Assembly (NCBI GenBank): GCA_030141605.1
Contig: JAQGDQ010000015.1
Location: forward strand, 496,001-560,000
Source: Tubiluchus corallicola
Lineage: Eukaryota > Animalia > Priapulida
Direction: 5' to 3'
Length of the DNA stretch: 64,000 nucleotides
The notes beneath the pieces were generated by a model. It ran no database searches. It was given only the letters and a program-made list of their open reading frames with translations, and was not told the DNA's origin. Each line of letters begins with the position of its first letter. The stretch's first letter is position 1. Positions 23,477 through 39,225 of this stretch are shown here, one piece after another. Made by a program: the position numbers and the translations under genes.

Positions 23477-26400
23477 GTATTAAAAAATGTTGAGGTCCCA
23501 TATACTACGATGACAAACAGACAAATATTCACAAACACGTGACGTTCCAAAAAGCTATCAGAACTCAGAAGTAACCAGAAATAAAAATTGCTAGCTTGAC
23601 GTCAACTGGTAACTGAAGTACCATTTTAGTACTTAGACTTTGCAAAACTCTAAACTGGTCTGTGAAGGTATTTAAGCCATTTTTCCTCAAAAATAACAAT
23701 GTCGGTTCGTTTTACTATTGTGCTCAGTGCTACTGTGTTATTGCACTGTTAAAATGTCTTACTGTACTTGCAGTTTTCAGGGTTATGTGAAATGTGAGAT
23801 CTGTGAGCCACCTGTAGGTCCTTGAAAATCTCTAAAATCGCCCGTATGAGCAACTAGGGACCTTTCGTTCAGCAAATCCAAAAGCAGATTTGCAATCAGC
23901 TTGGCAAAAAACCCTATGCTGCTATATTTAGGATTTTGTGCTTAATATTACGATGTGCCCGTTTTGGGTCCAAAGGAAACCCAATAAAATAGCTTTTATT
24001 TTCCCTATTCCAATAATTTTCAGATTTGTGCACTAAATATTGGATCTTTCCCTACTTTCGAGCACAAAGGTAAACCCTAAAATGGGTTGGTACGGCAATT
24101 GTGTTTGCCCTATAGAAAATAACTAATGACAAATTTGCATTTTGCACCAAATTCATTTCGTGTGATTTCCAGGTAAGTGTATAGACAACAACGTTTCACT
24201 TCTGTTATTTGGACCCATTTCAAAATGGCTCCCCAAAATTTCCTCATGGTTTCGGAAAAACGCCACCCAATTTGGGAAAAAATCCTTAACTTTCAACAAA
24301 AAAATAAATTTTTGCTTACAAAATTGTGGACAAAAAAAACCTGGTGGAAAATATATTCCTTTTTGCAGTCACAACTTCAGCTGATGAATCTCTTGGCAGT
24401 CTACAATCTCCCGACTGCAAAGCAGTCAGTTATGGCTTCCCACACCTGCTGCATGCGTCCAGTGGGAGTTATATAACTCAGAGTGACGTTACACGTGAAT
24501 CATGTGCGACTTTAGACAGGTGTTTTGTGTTTCAGACTAACAACAAGAGGAAACAAAACAAAACAACGCCTTATCTCCTAGCATTCAGCTTCTGAAACAA
24601 AATTAATGTCCTTAAAATTACGAATAATTGGTCAATTACTTGCTAACGAAAATTTGTAACAACTTCTCAGTATTTTTACTTGCTAATGGACTACAAAATA
24701 ATATTTCTTTTGTGTTATTGTATTCCACATTTTGTGTTTTGCGGTATAAGTTATTGTGCCTTTCTTTATTCATTCGTTTGTTTACAATCGTTCGGTCACG
24801 CATTTTCACTAATTCGTTTAAAATTACAAATAATTATATTTTTTGTAAATTTTAGGTTATATTAAAACTGATTTAGAAAATATGTATATATTGTCATCAA
24901 ATAAGAGAGAAAGTATCATTTCTAAGCATGTGTAGATGCGTAGATTGTTTTTATTAAATGGAGAATACAAGTTTTTACTAATCAGAGTCCAACTCAAGGC
25001 TATAGATTTTCCTTTTTTTTCTCTTGGCATTCTAATGAGTTTGAACGCTTTCAAAATATATTTGTGTAACGTGTACGGCTCCTTTCAGACAAACCGTAAA
25101 TTACAACGTGAGATGTGACTCAGTGATGCTACAATAGTAATTAAACATGTTGGTAAAAGCCAAGAATATACAATACGCTTTGCCATCAATTTCCTTGGCC
25201 AATTAGATGACACCCTGTGGAGGCGGCTCTATTTTAACATTGTTGCTGTTTCATACTGTTAGACATACTGCAAGCCGTTATTTGGTCGGTAGGGTCTAGC
25301 ACTAACTTAAATGATTGTGGTAAGACCTGGATGTATCAAGGATAATCCTCAAACAACAGAAGTGGTATAACAACGAACGAGTTTGAATTCACAGAAAACA
25401 GGCAGAGGTGTTGTCATAATGCTGCGTCACCTACACACATCTTCGTATTCTGAATCTCCAGAAATGGATTCCAGTTAATTGAAAAATAACTGAAGTCATG
25501 GACAAAAACAAACGATGGGCTAGCTTTCGGTCTGCTATACAAAGGAAAGAGCTGTGTACTGGGTATACTGCTGAACAGTAAATGGGAAACAGACGAACGT
25601 CGGCAATGAGCTGAGTTGCATGTAATAAACATTTCTATGTCTATTTGGTATTTTTGGTTATTCCCTCCTGTTGCAACTCTATAAGGAAATCTTCTTCACC
25701 GTGATGCTGTCGTTCTCGTTCTCCTTGTTTTTCATGTAACAAGTTTTTATAAGTTTTCAATATCGTATTTTAGTATAATAAATTCTTACGAAAAAATGGT
25801 TTCGTAACAACGGTAAATGTTGATCTAAATAAGGTATACAGGCAGCTGGACAGAAGAAACTCAAATACAGAGTAACTCAGAGATTCGTATTTTCAACTAC
25901 AGTCTACTTTGCCAATGTTTTACTTCACGTTTCTCAAATTTGCGTTCGTCCAAGATACGTGACAGTATCTTTTCATACTAGTATATTCCACTCGATGTAG
26001 TGGTATTTTCTTACAACAGAGGTCACGTGACTGCTCTGATTCGTGTTAATATTACCGATGTTTTTCTTGCAGCATCGCTGTTACCGGTGATATACGATTT
26101 GTCTTGTCATGGCTTCCGCCAAGCAATTATTTCTAAAGTAAACGCACATTGCAACAGCAGTGACGTACAGCTAAGTCAACTAAGCCACTTTTCCAATAAT
26201 ACACTTTGTGGATTGTTCGTGCATTTTTACTTGTATTTAAGTGGTCATTCTGCAAGACTCGTAAACTTTGCGACTCGACCATATTGCCTGCATTCCTATC
26301 ATAAATTTCTTGGTGTTTGATATAGAAATCCATGCGCATTTGATTACATATGATTACACGCCCAGTGGCTTTACTATAAACATTTTTGATGCGAATGAAA

Positions 26401-29400
26401 GATTGCTTAATGATGAAGTTGAAACTCATGAAACCTTATGTGCCAGCCCTTACATCAACAGTAATATTAATAGCAATGTACGAATGTCAATATTAATGAT
26501 AGGCGCAACAGCAAAAAGAAAAGTATTTCTTTTCATTCTGTTGTGCCGATGTATTCTGGAATTACCCTCCGGACACATCATGTACTTTCTCTAAACATGA
26601 AAATTTCCGATATAATAACGTCACTTTTTCCGGCTTGTTATGGCATAAATTATTTAATCTAAGTGATTTTTAATATACTCTTATGTCGGTCTTTTGTAGG
26701 TGAGGAGAGAGATTGACTTTGGCTATCCAATGCAAAAATCTTATATAAGTGATTTTCATTTTTTCAATGCGCTTTTCTTGGTTGAGTTTTTGTTAGCAAT
26801 TAATCTCATTAATAATTTTCACAGCGTTGTGTTGGTATATATGCCAAATTTTTGTTTTATTTAAGAATTCTAAATCGTCATTATTTAGCATAATAAACGA
26901 CTGATGCCGCTAAAACTATTTATATAGTTGAACATCTCAGCAATTCCATCTGCCAAAAAATCATAGCAAAGCTTTTAAATCATAGAAAAAGCTGCTGCAT
27001 GAGCTAATTTTAGTAAACAATGACACCATTCAGCATGCAAACACTGTGTCACCATACAAAAATTTTTCAATGAAAATGAAATTTCGGAAACTCTCCTATT
27101 ACAATTCGATGATGATTTAAGTTTTTGTATTTAAGTGGTGCCAGTTATGAATTTAAAATGCCACTCATTCCTTAACATTTTTTATGTAAGTATATACAGA
27201 GCAGATTTTAATGTGTTGTGAATAATTTTGTTGGTTTTGCAACGTATTCTCTAGAGTTCTTAAGGAACACTACCACAAAACAAATCTTTTACTCAGTTAT
27301 TTATTCTGACTATTAGTACACCACAAGCAAGTCTGCCTATCGATACTACATAAACCAAACAGCTACTGCGGAGGACTAACACTTACGATGTTAATTTTCC
27401 TGTGTTCACACAATCCCAAGGCGGTAGACGAAACGAAGCCATCGCCTATTCCATTCATGCAATATAGTGGACGTTAAACTGGATGTTGTCATTAGCTTGC
27501 ATTCGGAGGTATGTTAATTTTTGTTAAACGTGTTTCTAACATTTACAGTAGATGCAGTGTCACGACATTAAACATGATCTAACCTTGAATTTTTATAAGC
27601 ACCTGTCTGATGACCGACCATTGACCGAGTAATTTTGCGCATAAGCCTATACATCATCTGCGCACATACAGGCCTAAGAACTAAATAAATAAATTTTAAG
27701 TGCATGAAATTGAAAATTACCTTAATTAGGCCTGTGTAGTACCCAGCACATGATACATTATAACAAAATTTGTTGAGTAAATTATCGGTATCAATAACAC
27801 TTTTGATTTAAATTTCTTAAAAAGTGATAATTGGGTGTTGTGAAAGTACCACAAGTCGTGGCACTAGGAGCTTGGAGCTTAATTGTGCGAGATAGTTTGA
27901 TTATAATTTTATGACCAGCCGTTACGTATTGAATCGACAGTTTTAAAATAATTTGGCTTGGTTACTATTTGTTTTTCAAAAGTGCACAAACTTTGGACAA
28001 AGATTGTGCAAGCTGTTAACACAATGGGGAGGGGGGGTTGTGACTATCATTTTTCGACCATTACTAGTGGACGCATTACAAAATAATTTGCAGAAAGTAG
28101 GAAAACTTGTTAGTTTAATATCGTAAAAGCTACTAGATTTGCCTATCATTAGCCAATAATGCGCGACAAATCTAAGTAGTATCTTGCTATAGCAGAAAAT
28201 AATGGTTGTAACTATGGCTAAATAATTATGCAGAGCATATTACTGCTATTACACCTGCCTAAAAATGCTCTACTTTGCAATAATTTTGCAAAAGTAAATT
28301 CGAAAATTTTCTGAATCGGTTAAAACTAAAGAGTTAGTTATTACAGGTGGGAAATCAATAAAAGTATCCACAAAATAATAGTAGATGTGGTGGCAACAAG
28401 AATGATGAGTAAATCAAAGTTCTTGGTTTAATGATGCAACTTGAAATAATGTGAAACAGAATTTTCGTTGCGAAAACGTTTGAAGGTCATAGCTGGCATA
28501 TATCAAGATATTTATCTGTTTGAACAACTTAGGTACCTTGCAAGGTAATGAGCTCGAGCTACTGTCTAACTGTTTTAGTAGAAGTCGGATTTTACATAGT
28601 TTAACAAGATAAGGAGATAGAGCTTTTGATTTCATCAACAAAATTTATGCGCCGACTATTAGAGTGAATGCTATAGTAACGCGTATGATCTACTGATATA
28701 GTTATATTGATATTTCGAAACAGATAAACCAAAAAATGTTTAATGTAAGGCAATAATCATTTGCTACACTACGTGCAGCACGTAGTTCAGTTGGTTCTCG
28801 TCAAAGCAGCAGTATCGATGTTAAGGATTTTTACTATAAAGCCTTGATGTTCTTATCAGCTGAACAAGTAAATAACTCTAAACGGAAATTAAATAATCTT
28901 TTGTAAATAAGGTGTAGTTTTGTCCCCAGACTAGTGGAAAATTTTTTATTCATGATTTGTTTATAACTGTAAAATTTGGTATGATAAGTTATTTCACAAA
29001 TTTAATAAGCTTTTCTTGCAATTCATGATATTAAACATTATTCATAAAGAAATAAAAGCAAGGTATTCGCCTTTGGCCATAGGGCGCGCTGAAATAGCTT
29101 TGAGGGTTAATGTTCATCTTTTAACAGCTTCTGTTTTCACTGCTCTAAATAAAAAAACAACGATAGTTCACCAACTGTCCCACAGTCATTGCAATAATTC
29201 AATAAAATCTTGTCATATTCAATTTTTGCTGGGGAAACATGCGTGAGTGAGGGATTTTCCCGGCCAGTGTTGCTAATCTTGTTTTCATAAAAGCAGGAGG
29301 ATTATGTCGGGATGTTATAGGGGTTTGTGTCCGTATTGTTCAACTTGTGAGCACTGTTTGTCAGTAAGTGTACTGACAGTGTAGACTACATGCTTAAACA

Positions 29401-31539
29401 ATTAACTGGCATGGTGTGTTTCTCTGGAATTCATAACTGTTATTCTTGTAAAATTTTAACAGGACTTTAGAATTAATTTTATATATTAGGTACATCGTTA
29501 TTTTCTCAATAGAGACAAAAATGCATTTTTGTCCAAAAAATAAATCTTATAATTACGTTTGTCATATTTTTAATGTTCTGAAGCGGAAGGTTCAGTTTAT
29601 TTAAATTGTATGTGCATATATTAATAAAGAATGTATTAATAAGCGTTTCAATATAAGGTATATAACTCTTCCGATGTATAATTAGCCGAGTAGTACTCTT
29701 CCTAGCTGTACTAAATTCAGTGTGAAGTTTTACCGACCTATGAGGACTAAGGCCAGCTGGATTTTGAAAATTCATGCAGAAAATGCAAATTTATAATATA
29801 TTAAAATGTCATTTTAATTTAATTTAATATATTGGATTAACAATCGACAAGCACATATACATTACAATTATCATACACTACATATTTACAAAATATTAAT
29901 GACAATAAGACGGATTACCTAAATCACATCATCATAATTTGATGTATATTATACTTAATTGGCACATATAACAATTAAAGTAACAATGATCTGACCTATA
30001 GACAATATAATAATAATAATAATAATTATGCTCAGTTTTTTATTTTAAAACAATCTCTGGCAAAGTTACAAATATTCCTAAGATAAATTTCATTTTTTGT
30101 CATCGGTTATATCTAGGAAATTAGGAAATAATCTCGAAATTTCAACTAATAAACTTTTAGGTTTGACCATATCACACTTTCACGTACCATATGCTCTTCA
30201 TTTTTAATGTCTAAATTGTTACAATTATACGTATCCTCGCTGAAGAATAGATAGTTTAGCTTGTAATGTTGTTCAGTTTCTATAGCAAGAGAACGTGCGC
30301 TTATTACTCTAGCAATTTAGCAAATGCAATTTTACTTCTCTAGGTACAGATTTACATAATAGATGACTTTCCACAGAGCAATTATTCTTTAATTTACAAT
30401 TGCCTGTTTACATCCATAGTGGTTAAGTAATAGTTTTTTTAGTAATAACATAAGTATTTTTTAATTTAGTTTTAAGTTTTTTAACAGGCATTTTCCACTC
30501 AGTGTATTTTGATTATCCCAGATAAGACCCAAGCTAGTGCAGTTTAGATTATCATGAATAATTTGGGCCCAGCTGTTTATATTTTCGTGGGTGTGACACA
30601 GTCTCTATAGATTACATTGCCAGTGATGTTTCAGGAAGTCTAATTGAGTGCAGTCAAAGACTCATTACTCTACATGATATCGACTCCTAGGAAGTACTGT
30701 TATAAGTCTCTTCTTCCCAGCATGTTTTACTGATTTGCAATATACTCTCAGTGTGTTATGACACAACTTTAACAATTTAGTGCTTCAGTGGTTATGTTAC
30801 ATATGCGTAAGATATATTAGAGTGGTATAACGCACGGATAAAATTGATGCAAAACGAGACATAAAAAATCTCGTATTTATAAGCAAACATTAATATTTGT
30901 CGAAATACATGACAAACTACTTGATTGAATGGGTAGATGAATCAATCAGTGAATGAACGAACGAACGAAAGGATGGATAAATAAATAAGTTAATGAATTG
31001 AATAATGGAGCCAAAGAAAGACAGAATGAACGAACGAACGCACACACGTAGAACGTACGAATAAACAGAGCCAATAACTTTATACAAACGAATTTTAAAT
31101 AAGTGCAGCCGCTTACGTAAAAACTGAATAAAAAGGACCTTTTGGGTCCCATTAAAATGTATATGAGGATGAGGAAAGAATGTCTCAATTTAGAAAATTG
31201 CTTTCTTTAATGTAATTAAACTCGTACGTTTTATGGTGACATAAACTATTTATTATATTCGTGCTGGAGGACACAGTCTGAGTGTAATTATAAGACATTC
31301 TGTATACCCTAGAGATACTTAAAAACTATACCAATTTTACTGAGAAACTGTTTAATGACGTGGATAATATCGCGTTTTAACTGCTATTAGTACGAGAACA
31401 TTGCTGCGCAACGTGGTTTTAGAAATGTCGTAAAAACAGATCATGACATTATTAAGATGGCACGGAATATTTGAATCGTCCAAATATGCATACATAATTC
31501 TATACCCTATGCATCTACGGTTCGGAAAAACTCTTCCCC

Positions 31540-31745
31540 TGTTTTCCCCTTGCCCCTTTCAATTCTCAGAGGGTCAGGGAAATGGATGCAACAATCAGTG
31601 CTCTAGAATTGGCTTCTCATTTTCGCAATACCAGTACACTCCCCCAATATTCTCACCGTTCAGTCTTTGATGTCATCTATCGAGCGTCTGCTTTGTCGTC
31701 CTCTTGAGTGCTTCACAATGGTTTGCCCTTGAGGTTGTAGGTGCA
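31540..31745 (-). mobile_element. RTE-clade LINE 3' end fragment
   Basis: Minus strand KHSRGRQSRRSIDDIKD*TVRILGECTGIAKMRSQF matches the RTE C-terminal pattern RxRGRxxxRWxDxIxxW...A.DR..W; purine-rich tail. Confidence 0.7.
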
Positions 31746-33975
31746 GAGATTCTGGGCCCTGACCGCCTCAGGGGATCAATTATGGCAAGAGAAAATGACA
31801 ATAACATTCTTTAATTATCCACACAATTTTTGTAAATTCGCTTATATATTATTATAATAGATCTATAAGGTATATACTTGAGTAAAATTAATTATATGGA
31901 CTAATGATTAAATACATAGCCGAAATTCTGATTCCAGGCAATACGTGCACTACGAGAAAGTACACTTTGTCTCGTAATTTTAGATAAGAAAAATAAATCC
32001 ATATTAACTTAATAACAACTTGAAGCACTCAACATAAAAAATGGGTTCGTACCGACTAACACAATACACTTTTACTAGCAATCATTATACCACTCATTTT
32101 TTCCGCCTCATTCTCTTAATCGCAGGCACTCTGTCGCTGGCTTTGTTTAAGGGCTATTAAACACGTAGCATTATGTCGACTGGAATATTTATTAAATGAA
32201 AAATGAACCAAGCTGTCACATTTCCTATTTACACGCGGCTCGTTGTTGCCTTGAACGCCATCTCGTTTTAGCTTTTATTGAAAATTTAATGATAGGTTTC
32301 TAGTTTAAATTAAAACAGTTACCGTATATTAGTTTGTGCTGTCAAGAGTAAAGCAACGATAAAGACGTATCGCAGCAAAATTAAAATAACTAAATAGTAC
32401 GTTCTCTTCAAAACGTGAATCCCGCTTCGTTCTACATGTATTTCGCCGCATAACATGAAGCACTGGTGCTTGTAGCGATACCGGAACCTAGGTCATTACC
32501 AACGATAAGGCCCTAACATGAGACGTAGAATCGGTTGAAGCTGCGTTGCCACGTTCCTTTCTCAGCTGGACACATTACTAGAATCAATATGGTAAATGAA
32601 GCTTTAGATCCAGTATTGAGCTCTGCTTTCAGCCATCCCATCCATTTACCGAACAGCTTTTTTGTTGCTTAACTTTGGTCGCACAGCACCCGATGACCAC
32701 TGGACTATTCTTCTCATCTTGAAGAAGAAAAAAGAGGTGCAAATAAGAGATGTATTACACTGAGGGTTTGAGAGCAAACTGTGGTTATCACTTCTTCTAT
32801 TATCTAGGCATCTTTGCTAGCTGTATATATCTGATCTGTTTCACAATGTAGGTTTGAGCATTTTCAGTACGAAGATGTTATCTTGATGCATGTTAGTTGA
32901 TACCAGATTTCCAAAAGAACTCGAAATCTTCAGACATTGCGCACTATACAACATAGTTTTGCCACAAGCTATAACAAGCGCATTGAATTTTTTTCTTGAC
33001 TCGCCAGCAATTAACATCTTAATTGTATTTTCCAACTACCCTTACAACACATTTATAACCCATTTAAGCGTGCTAAATGAGCGAGATTAGCATTAAAAAT
33101 TTGAAAACGTGGTTTTCTTAGATAGTCCAAGCCCTTTTATGGTGGATACAGCAAAGTCCCACAACCACATTGACAATTGCTTTGTGTCTTTCCCTAATCC
33201 TCTAATCTTCTAATGTACAGACAGTTTGCTTTGCGGTCCAGCAAAGAGGAACTATTAGATCAAATAGCTTCACCAATTAGTTGATAATTTTGTATGTTTT
33301 AATTACGATCATCTTTGTTTTGCAACTTGTGAATTATAGCTTTCCGTATCCGGCAGATAAATGTAGCTTTTCGTAACTTAATTACTATTGATTTATCCAG
33401 TGAAATTTAACGAAAATCACGAAGAATGAGTGTTACGCGTACTGAAAAAATGTAGTGCGACTGCAGGAATAGGGTGTCAGTCCTAATAAGAAAAATTAAA
33501 AAGTTTTGGAACTGTTCTATGTTTTATTTTTCTGTTCGAGTGACAAAACAATGCTTGATAGGGCAGGTTACACTCGCAACGCCGTGTATATCAAAATGCA
33601 CTGGCAATCGTTTTCTTTGGCTGTAGATTAAACTAGTTACTACAGTACATAAATTATTTCGAGTGAATGTGAACGCTGTAGCAAATTTTAGTTGTGCGTG
33701 ATGCCACACAGTAACAAGTTGTAAATTTTACGTGAAAAAATTAATACTGTTTAATTTAATGTAATGTTTCAACATGTTCTGCAGGTAATATTGCAGTTGA
33801 ACAACTACTTTACAACATTGTTCTTCAGCCCATCAGGTGCGAATCTCATTTTGTCTACAAATTTGGATTACTCTCTATGTCAGTAATGTTTAAACTTCTT
33901 TTAGAAAACATGATTTTCTAAAGCATGCCTGCACATAGGTTGTCTGATTCATCGGTGAGATCTGTCTTTCACTCG

Positions 33976-34958
33976 AACAGATTTCATGGTCCTTTCCCTC
34001 TTCTCAAATGACAATATAACTAATACTTCAATAAAAGTTGAAAATAGCATAATAAAACAGAAAAACAATGTAAGTTTTCTTGGTATCTGTGTAGATAACA
34101 AACTTTCTTGGGATAATCATTTTAATAAAATTTCCGATAAAATGTCGTGCGGAACGTCCTACTTACGGCTGGTAAAAGGTCAACTAACTAAACAGACAAA
34201 GTTATTAATTTTTAAAACTCTCATTCTACCGCACTTTTTATACGGATGCACACTTTTTCATGAAGTTTCAAGAGACAGCTATTACAAACTAAATAGTCTT
34301 CAAAATTATGCATTAAGATTAGTCGCTGGCTATTCAAATAAAGCGTCTCTCATCCCAAATCAAACCTCTGCAACAGAATTAAGAGCAAGGTTTAAAATCC
34401 CAATTTTACAAGCACATAAAGACTTCTACATAATCTTGTTTTATATAAATACATCAACAATATTAACACGCCCTTCATCAAAAATAGGCTTCCACTCCTC
34501 CTGGAGCCAACATTAAATCCAATAACACTCAATATTAAACAAATACGCACTAATAACAAATACGGCAACAATTCTATAACTAAACAAGGAGTTCAACTTT
34601 GGAATACCCTGCCATCAAATTTAAAACAAATCAAGTCTTTCGACGAATTCAAATAAAAATTAAAAATACATAAATTGAATCGTTTTGAAAACCCTACATA
34701 CGTAAACGATAATATATATGCATCCGCAAATTATATTTACCCACGTCAATTTTAAATTGCATGTATATATTGTATATAGTCTATTATAATTTGCGTGTAA
34801 CATTATAATGTATATTTTGTTTTAAATTTTTGGCACAGTAGTTTTAGTGGACGCATTTGCCTTTAACAGTTGTGTGAATTTTATTCTCATGCTGCGATGT
34901 TCTTTTATGCTTTTACAGTTATGAATATCGATTTTTTATGGCAAATAATGATTATTTT
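33976..34958 (+). mobile_element. 5'-truncated LINE related to the 12638-18424 element
   Basis: FLGICVDNKLSW, VKGQLTKQTKLLIFKTLILPHFLYGCTL, LQNYALRLVAGYS, IYPRQF* parallel 17440-18228; shares the 3'UTR motif GACGCATTTGCCTTTA; followed by (CA)n. Confidence 0.92.
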
Positions 34959-35075
<117 letters not shown>

Positions 35076-35346
35076 ATTAGCTAGAGGTCATCCCAATAGA
35101 AATTTTTTTTCACTTTTGTGATCATGAGTATCGTGTGCTTCACGTGTTAAGGAGATGTTTGGCTATAATTTTTCGGTTTCATTGCAAATTTTCATCCAGC
35201 GCTTAACGACGGAGCTCGCTTATTATGTTTAGATTGAGGCAGGACCAGGACCTAGTTATTATCAAGTTGAGTTTCTTACCCTAAAGAGGTATTTGCCTCA
35301 TTCAGATGTATGTTCTCCCTTATTAAGAGAAGCAATCGAAGGGTAA

Positions 35347-35668
35347 TCTCGCTGTCAGAATATGCTTTACAATCTGTGGTGATGAAAGCAATACTCAAGA
35401 AGGTATGTTGTACATGGAATACCTTCTGTACGCGTTGCAGGTGTACATAGCACAGTTTAAGTTTCTAGTCGTCCAACTTTAGAATAACGGCGTTATAATG
35501 TGTAAGCTCTCGCTGTCAGAATAAGCTTTACAATCTGTGGTGATAAAAGCAATACTCAAGAAGGTATGTTGTACATGGAATACCTTCTGTACGCGTTGCA
35601 GGTGTACATAGCACAGTTTAATTTTCTAGTCCTCCAACTTCAGAATAATGGCGTCATAATGTGTAAAC
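35347..35668. repeat. Recent tandem duplication, 2 x 161 bp
   Basis: TCTCGCTGTCAGAATA...ATAATGTGTAA begins at 35347 and 35508, with few substitutions. Confidence 0.95.
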
Positions 35669-38600
35669 TCGTTGCAAACTCTTTTTGTTGTTGTCTGTTA
35701 TTGTATTGAACAAAACAACTACTTTTATGAGATTTATCTATTTTAAAGCTTGAAATCAGTTATAGTGTTTTGATCAAGTTGATAATAATGTTAGCAATCA
35801 ATATTAGTAATTTTATGCCAGTATCTGCTACAATAAAAGAAGCTGTGAATGTATCTCGATGAAAAAATGGTGATTTGCCTGTTAGCAAAAGTTTAGTGTT
35901 AAATCTGCATAATGATGTTAGCTCATAAGTGTTAGTCAGCCTGTTGCATATAACTATTTTTCGTGTGGCAGTGTCACGTTTTTTACAAAATAATTTAGAA
36001 CAGAGCTGGTAATACACTCGCAAACATATTTAGGCTATCTGTCTTAATCTACACCTATTAGTTCTGCTTATGCCGTCGTTTTATGCACCTAAATTGACCG
36101 AGCAGCTAAAGTGGGTAATAAAATTTTACAATTCAAACACGTTGATCTGATTTTACGATGTGAAAAATTGCGCCGGTGAGGACGGCTTGCGATGCGTGTT
36201 TACCCTAATTTGAATTTATCGCAGGCGTTAATTTCGTAAGCAAATGTAAATGTAATTTGTGTTTATTATTCACGCATAATTGTTGGCGCGTAAAAAGCTT
36301 CAGCCTGTTCGCCGTGCGGGGAACACATTGTAATTTGCACTTAATTGAATTGCGACGAGAGTTAAATTGCGTTACGTTTTCGAGATGAGTGGATGGGCTA
36401 CTTGAAAATGCTGCCTAATCTAACCATAAACAAATTTAATTCGCATACAAATCTATTATTATTTTGCATTTCATGTTACGCTAAAGCACCTTTACAACAC
36501 TTTCCGTTTTCTAGTTAAATAACGCCTCACATCTTCGAGTGGAGCACTTTTGCTTCAAATGGCATCAATATGGCATTTAATAATCGTCATCAGATAGCCT
36601 TTACTACTACTTCTCTACACTAATCTGGCATTAGCACGCTATCTGTATTCGAGAGTTTTTCCGCATTAGATTTCGAGCTGACTTCCTTTTGAGTGTCACA
36701 AGAAGACCAAACGACTGTGGATGTGCTGACTCTTGTGTCACTTGCGCCGGCACATTCTGGGTAATTATATATAAACTTTAACTAGTTATTTTTGAGTAAC
36801 GAATATTTGAGCATCACTTTAAGCGCCATTGATTTTTACTTTAACCTGTTCCACATAGAGATTCTATCACTTTAATTTATTACCCAAATTATGGAACTAA
36901 CTAGAATAGTCACATTGGCCTACGCCATAACAAAAAAAACTGTTACTGGAGCGTCAACTGTAATACTCTCCTTTACGCTTTTCTATTAAGCAACCGCATT
37001 ATTTTCATTATACGTCTCTATTTGTGCTTCGTATAATAATTCTATTCATTTGTTTATAGACTTAATCATAATCTGTACTATTCTATCCTTGTCCAGCTGT
37101 GATGGAAACCTCACTTCCTGATAATTGCTAGACCTAGTCTAGTCTTAGCCTGAACTTATTTCTACGCATTTACATATTTTATTGACAGATAGCATAGGTA
37201 ATTTTTTAACTCTTGTACCTCGTTCCTCTTTTTTTTAAATAAAAAATCCTTAATCTGGATTTCAACGCCACCTAACGGCCGTTTGCCTCATTTTTAATCT
37301 TCTCTCTGTGATGCAATGAAATGCGTACGTATATCTTTCTTTTACCCCCACCCCGCCCGCTAAATCGCGCCGGTAAAGCCCGTAAAATTTCTATAATAAT
37401 ATGCATTAGTATCAGTGTCCTTATACGTAGCCAACCCTTGACGTAGATCTGGTCCACGATAAATTATCGATCATTGAAGCTGTTGTGTGTGTGACACGAA
37501 ACTTGATAATACCGTTTTGTCCTCGACCAGAACTTTAGTCTATTCAGGGAAATCTTCCATTAACTACAGCCAGTCTAACCACTGAATTCCAAGTGAAGGA
37601 CTGTCATTGTCTCCAAAGGACAAAATCATGGCTTACTGCTCTGTCGCTTTCATGCTTTTATTATTACTACTCAGTAAGGAACTCATTTAAGATGAAGACT
37701 GTGTATGCTTGGTGCAAAGGAAACGAAATATATCATGTCCAGCCAATCAGGCGTGAGCGAAGCGAGATTTCAAAGCTTGATTCCTGAATTTGTTTTTGTT
37801 GTTGTTGTTGTTGTTTTTAATCCACGAGAAATTGACACACTCGGAAGCAGTAATACAAAGAGCCACGAAACTTACAGATAGACACCTGGGGTAGAACCTA
37901 AGAAAATGGTGCGTTTAAATTAGAATTGTTGTTCGCAGGTTCAAAAGCCGGGGTTGTTTAAGGGCGCGAAGTAGGAGAAGAAATTTAGAAATTAGGGCAA
38001 ACTGCTCAGTCACACCTAAGTAAACCGAACTGGATCAGGCATAGTCAAGCGATAATTAGTCACAGTGGACATTGATCAGTCACACATAAGGGTAACAATT
38101 TACAGTTTCTGACATGAGTAAACTGAATCACACATAGTCATTTGGTAAACAAGGTCATACTCGTATACTGGGATCTGAATTCATTCGGTGTTGTTCTAAG
38201 GTTATTGCTGAACTTTTTCACGTTTAACAGCCGTAAAACAGCCAGAAGTAATGAGAACGTGAGTCAGTTAGTTCAAGAAGGCCTTAATTATTGCCGCGGA
38301 AAAGCAAGTTAATTGCAACAAAGGAACAAAAGGCAAATAAATAGCAGTTGGGGGTTTCTGTGACATTTTGGGGTGGTGCATGAAGCAACTTGCATGCAGT
38401 ATTTTTAAGGCTCTATTTTTTGAAAAGCGGTGTACTTTGTATAAAAATATATCATTTGACTTAATGCACGGAACTTTTAGCAGCATTTAATAATTTCTTT
38501 AATAATAATCTTGGTTATAGTTAATGTGCACAACGTTTTTTTTATGATGACACATGTCTTTTTACCGATTTCTACTCTGTCGAACCCAGCAGGATATGAC

Positions 38601-38868
38601 TTCAAACATTACGCACAAGAGCAACGTCTGTTTTTTCTATGGGCGACACTTCAGTACAACAAGGTTTTTAAATTACAGCTATTATGGACGAACTTTCAGA
38701 TTTCAACATAAAATGGCATGCCAAGGATTATACAGTTATTTTTTATATTGAACCGTGTACTGACTCGCTATAGCAAAAATTACCAAGAAAATTGTATCTC
38801 TTTGATAGTTTAATTACTCACTTGACATTGTACAGGAGGGATTTGTAAACTACTGAGTAACAGGTATA

Positions 38869-39225
<357 letters not shown>

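Noticed and set aside
25414-25632. LYSRPK...MCVGD as a LINE endonuclease remnant
   Set aside because: Only loose similarity, with no supporting neighbouring motifs.
26268-26594. 108-aa ORF as a gene
   Set aside because: No recognisable domain or linked exons.
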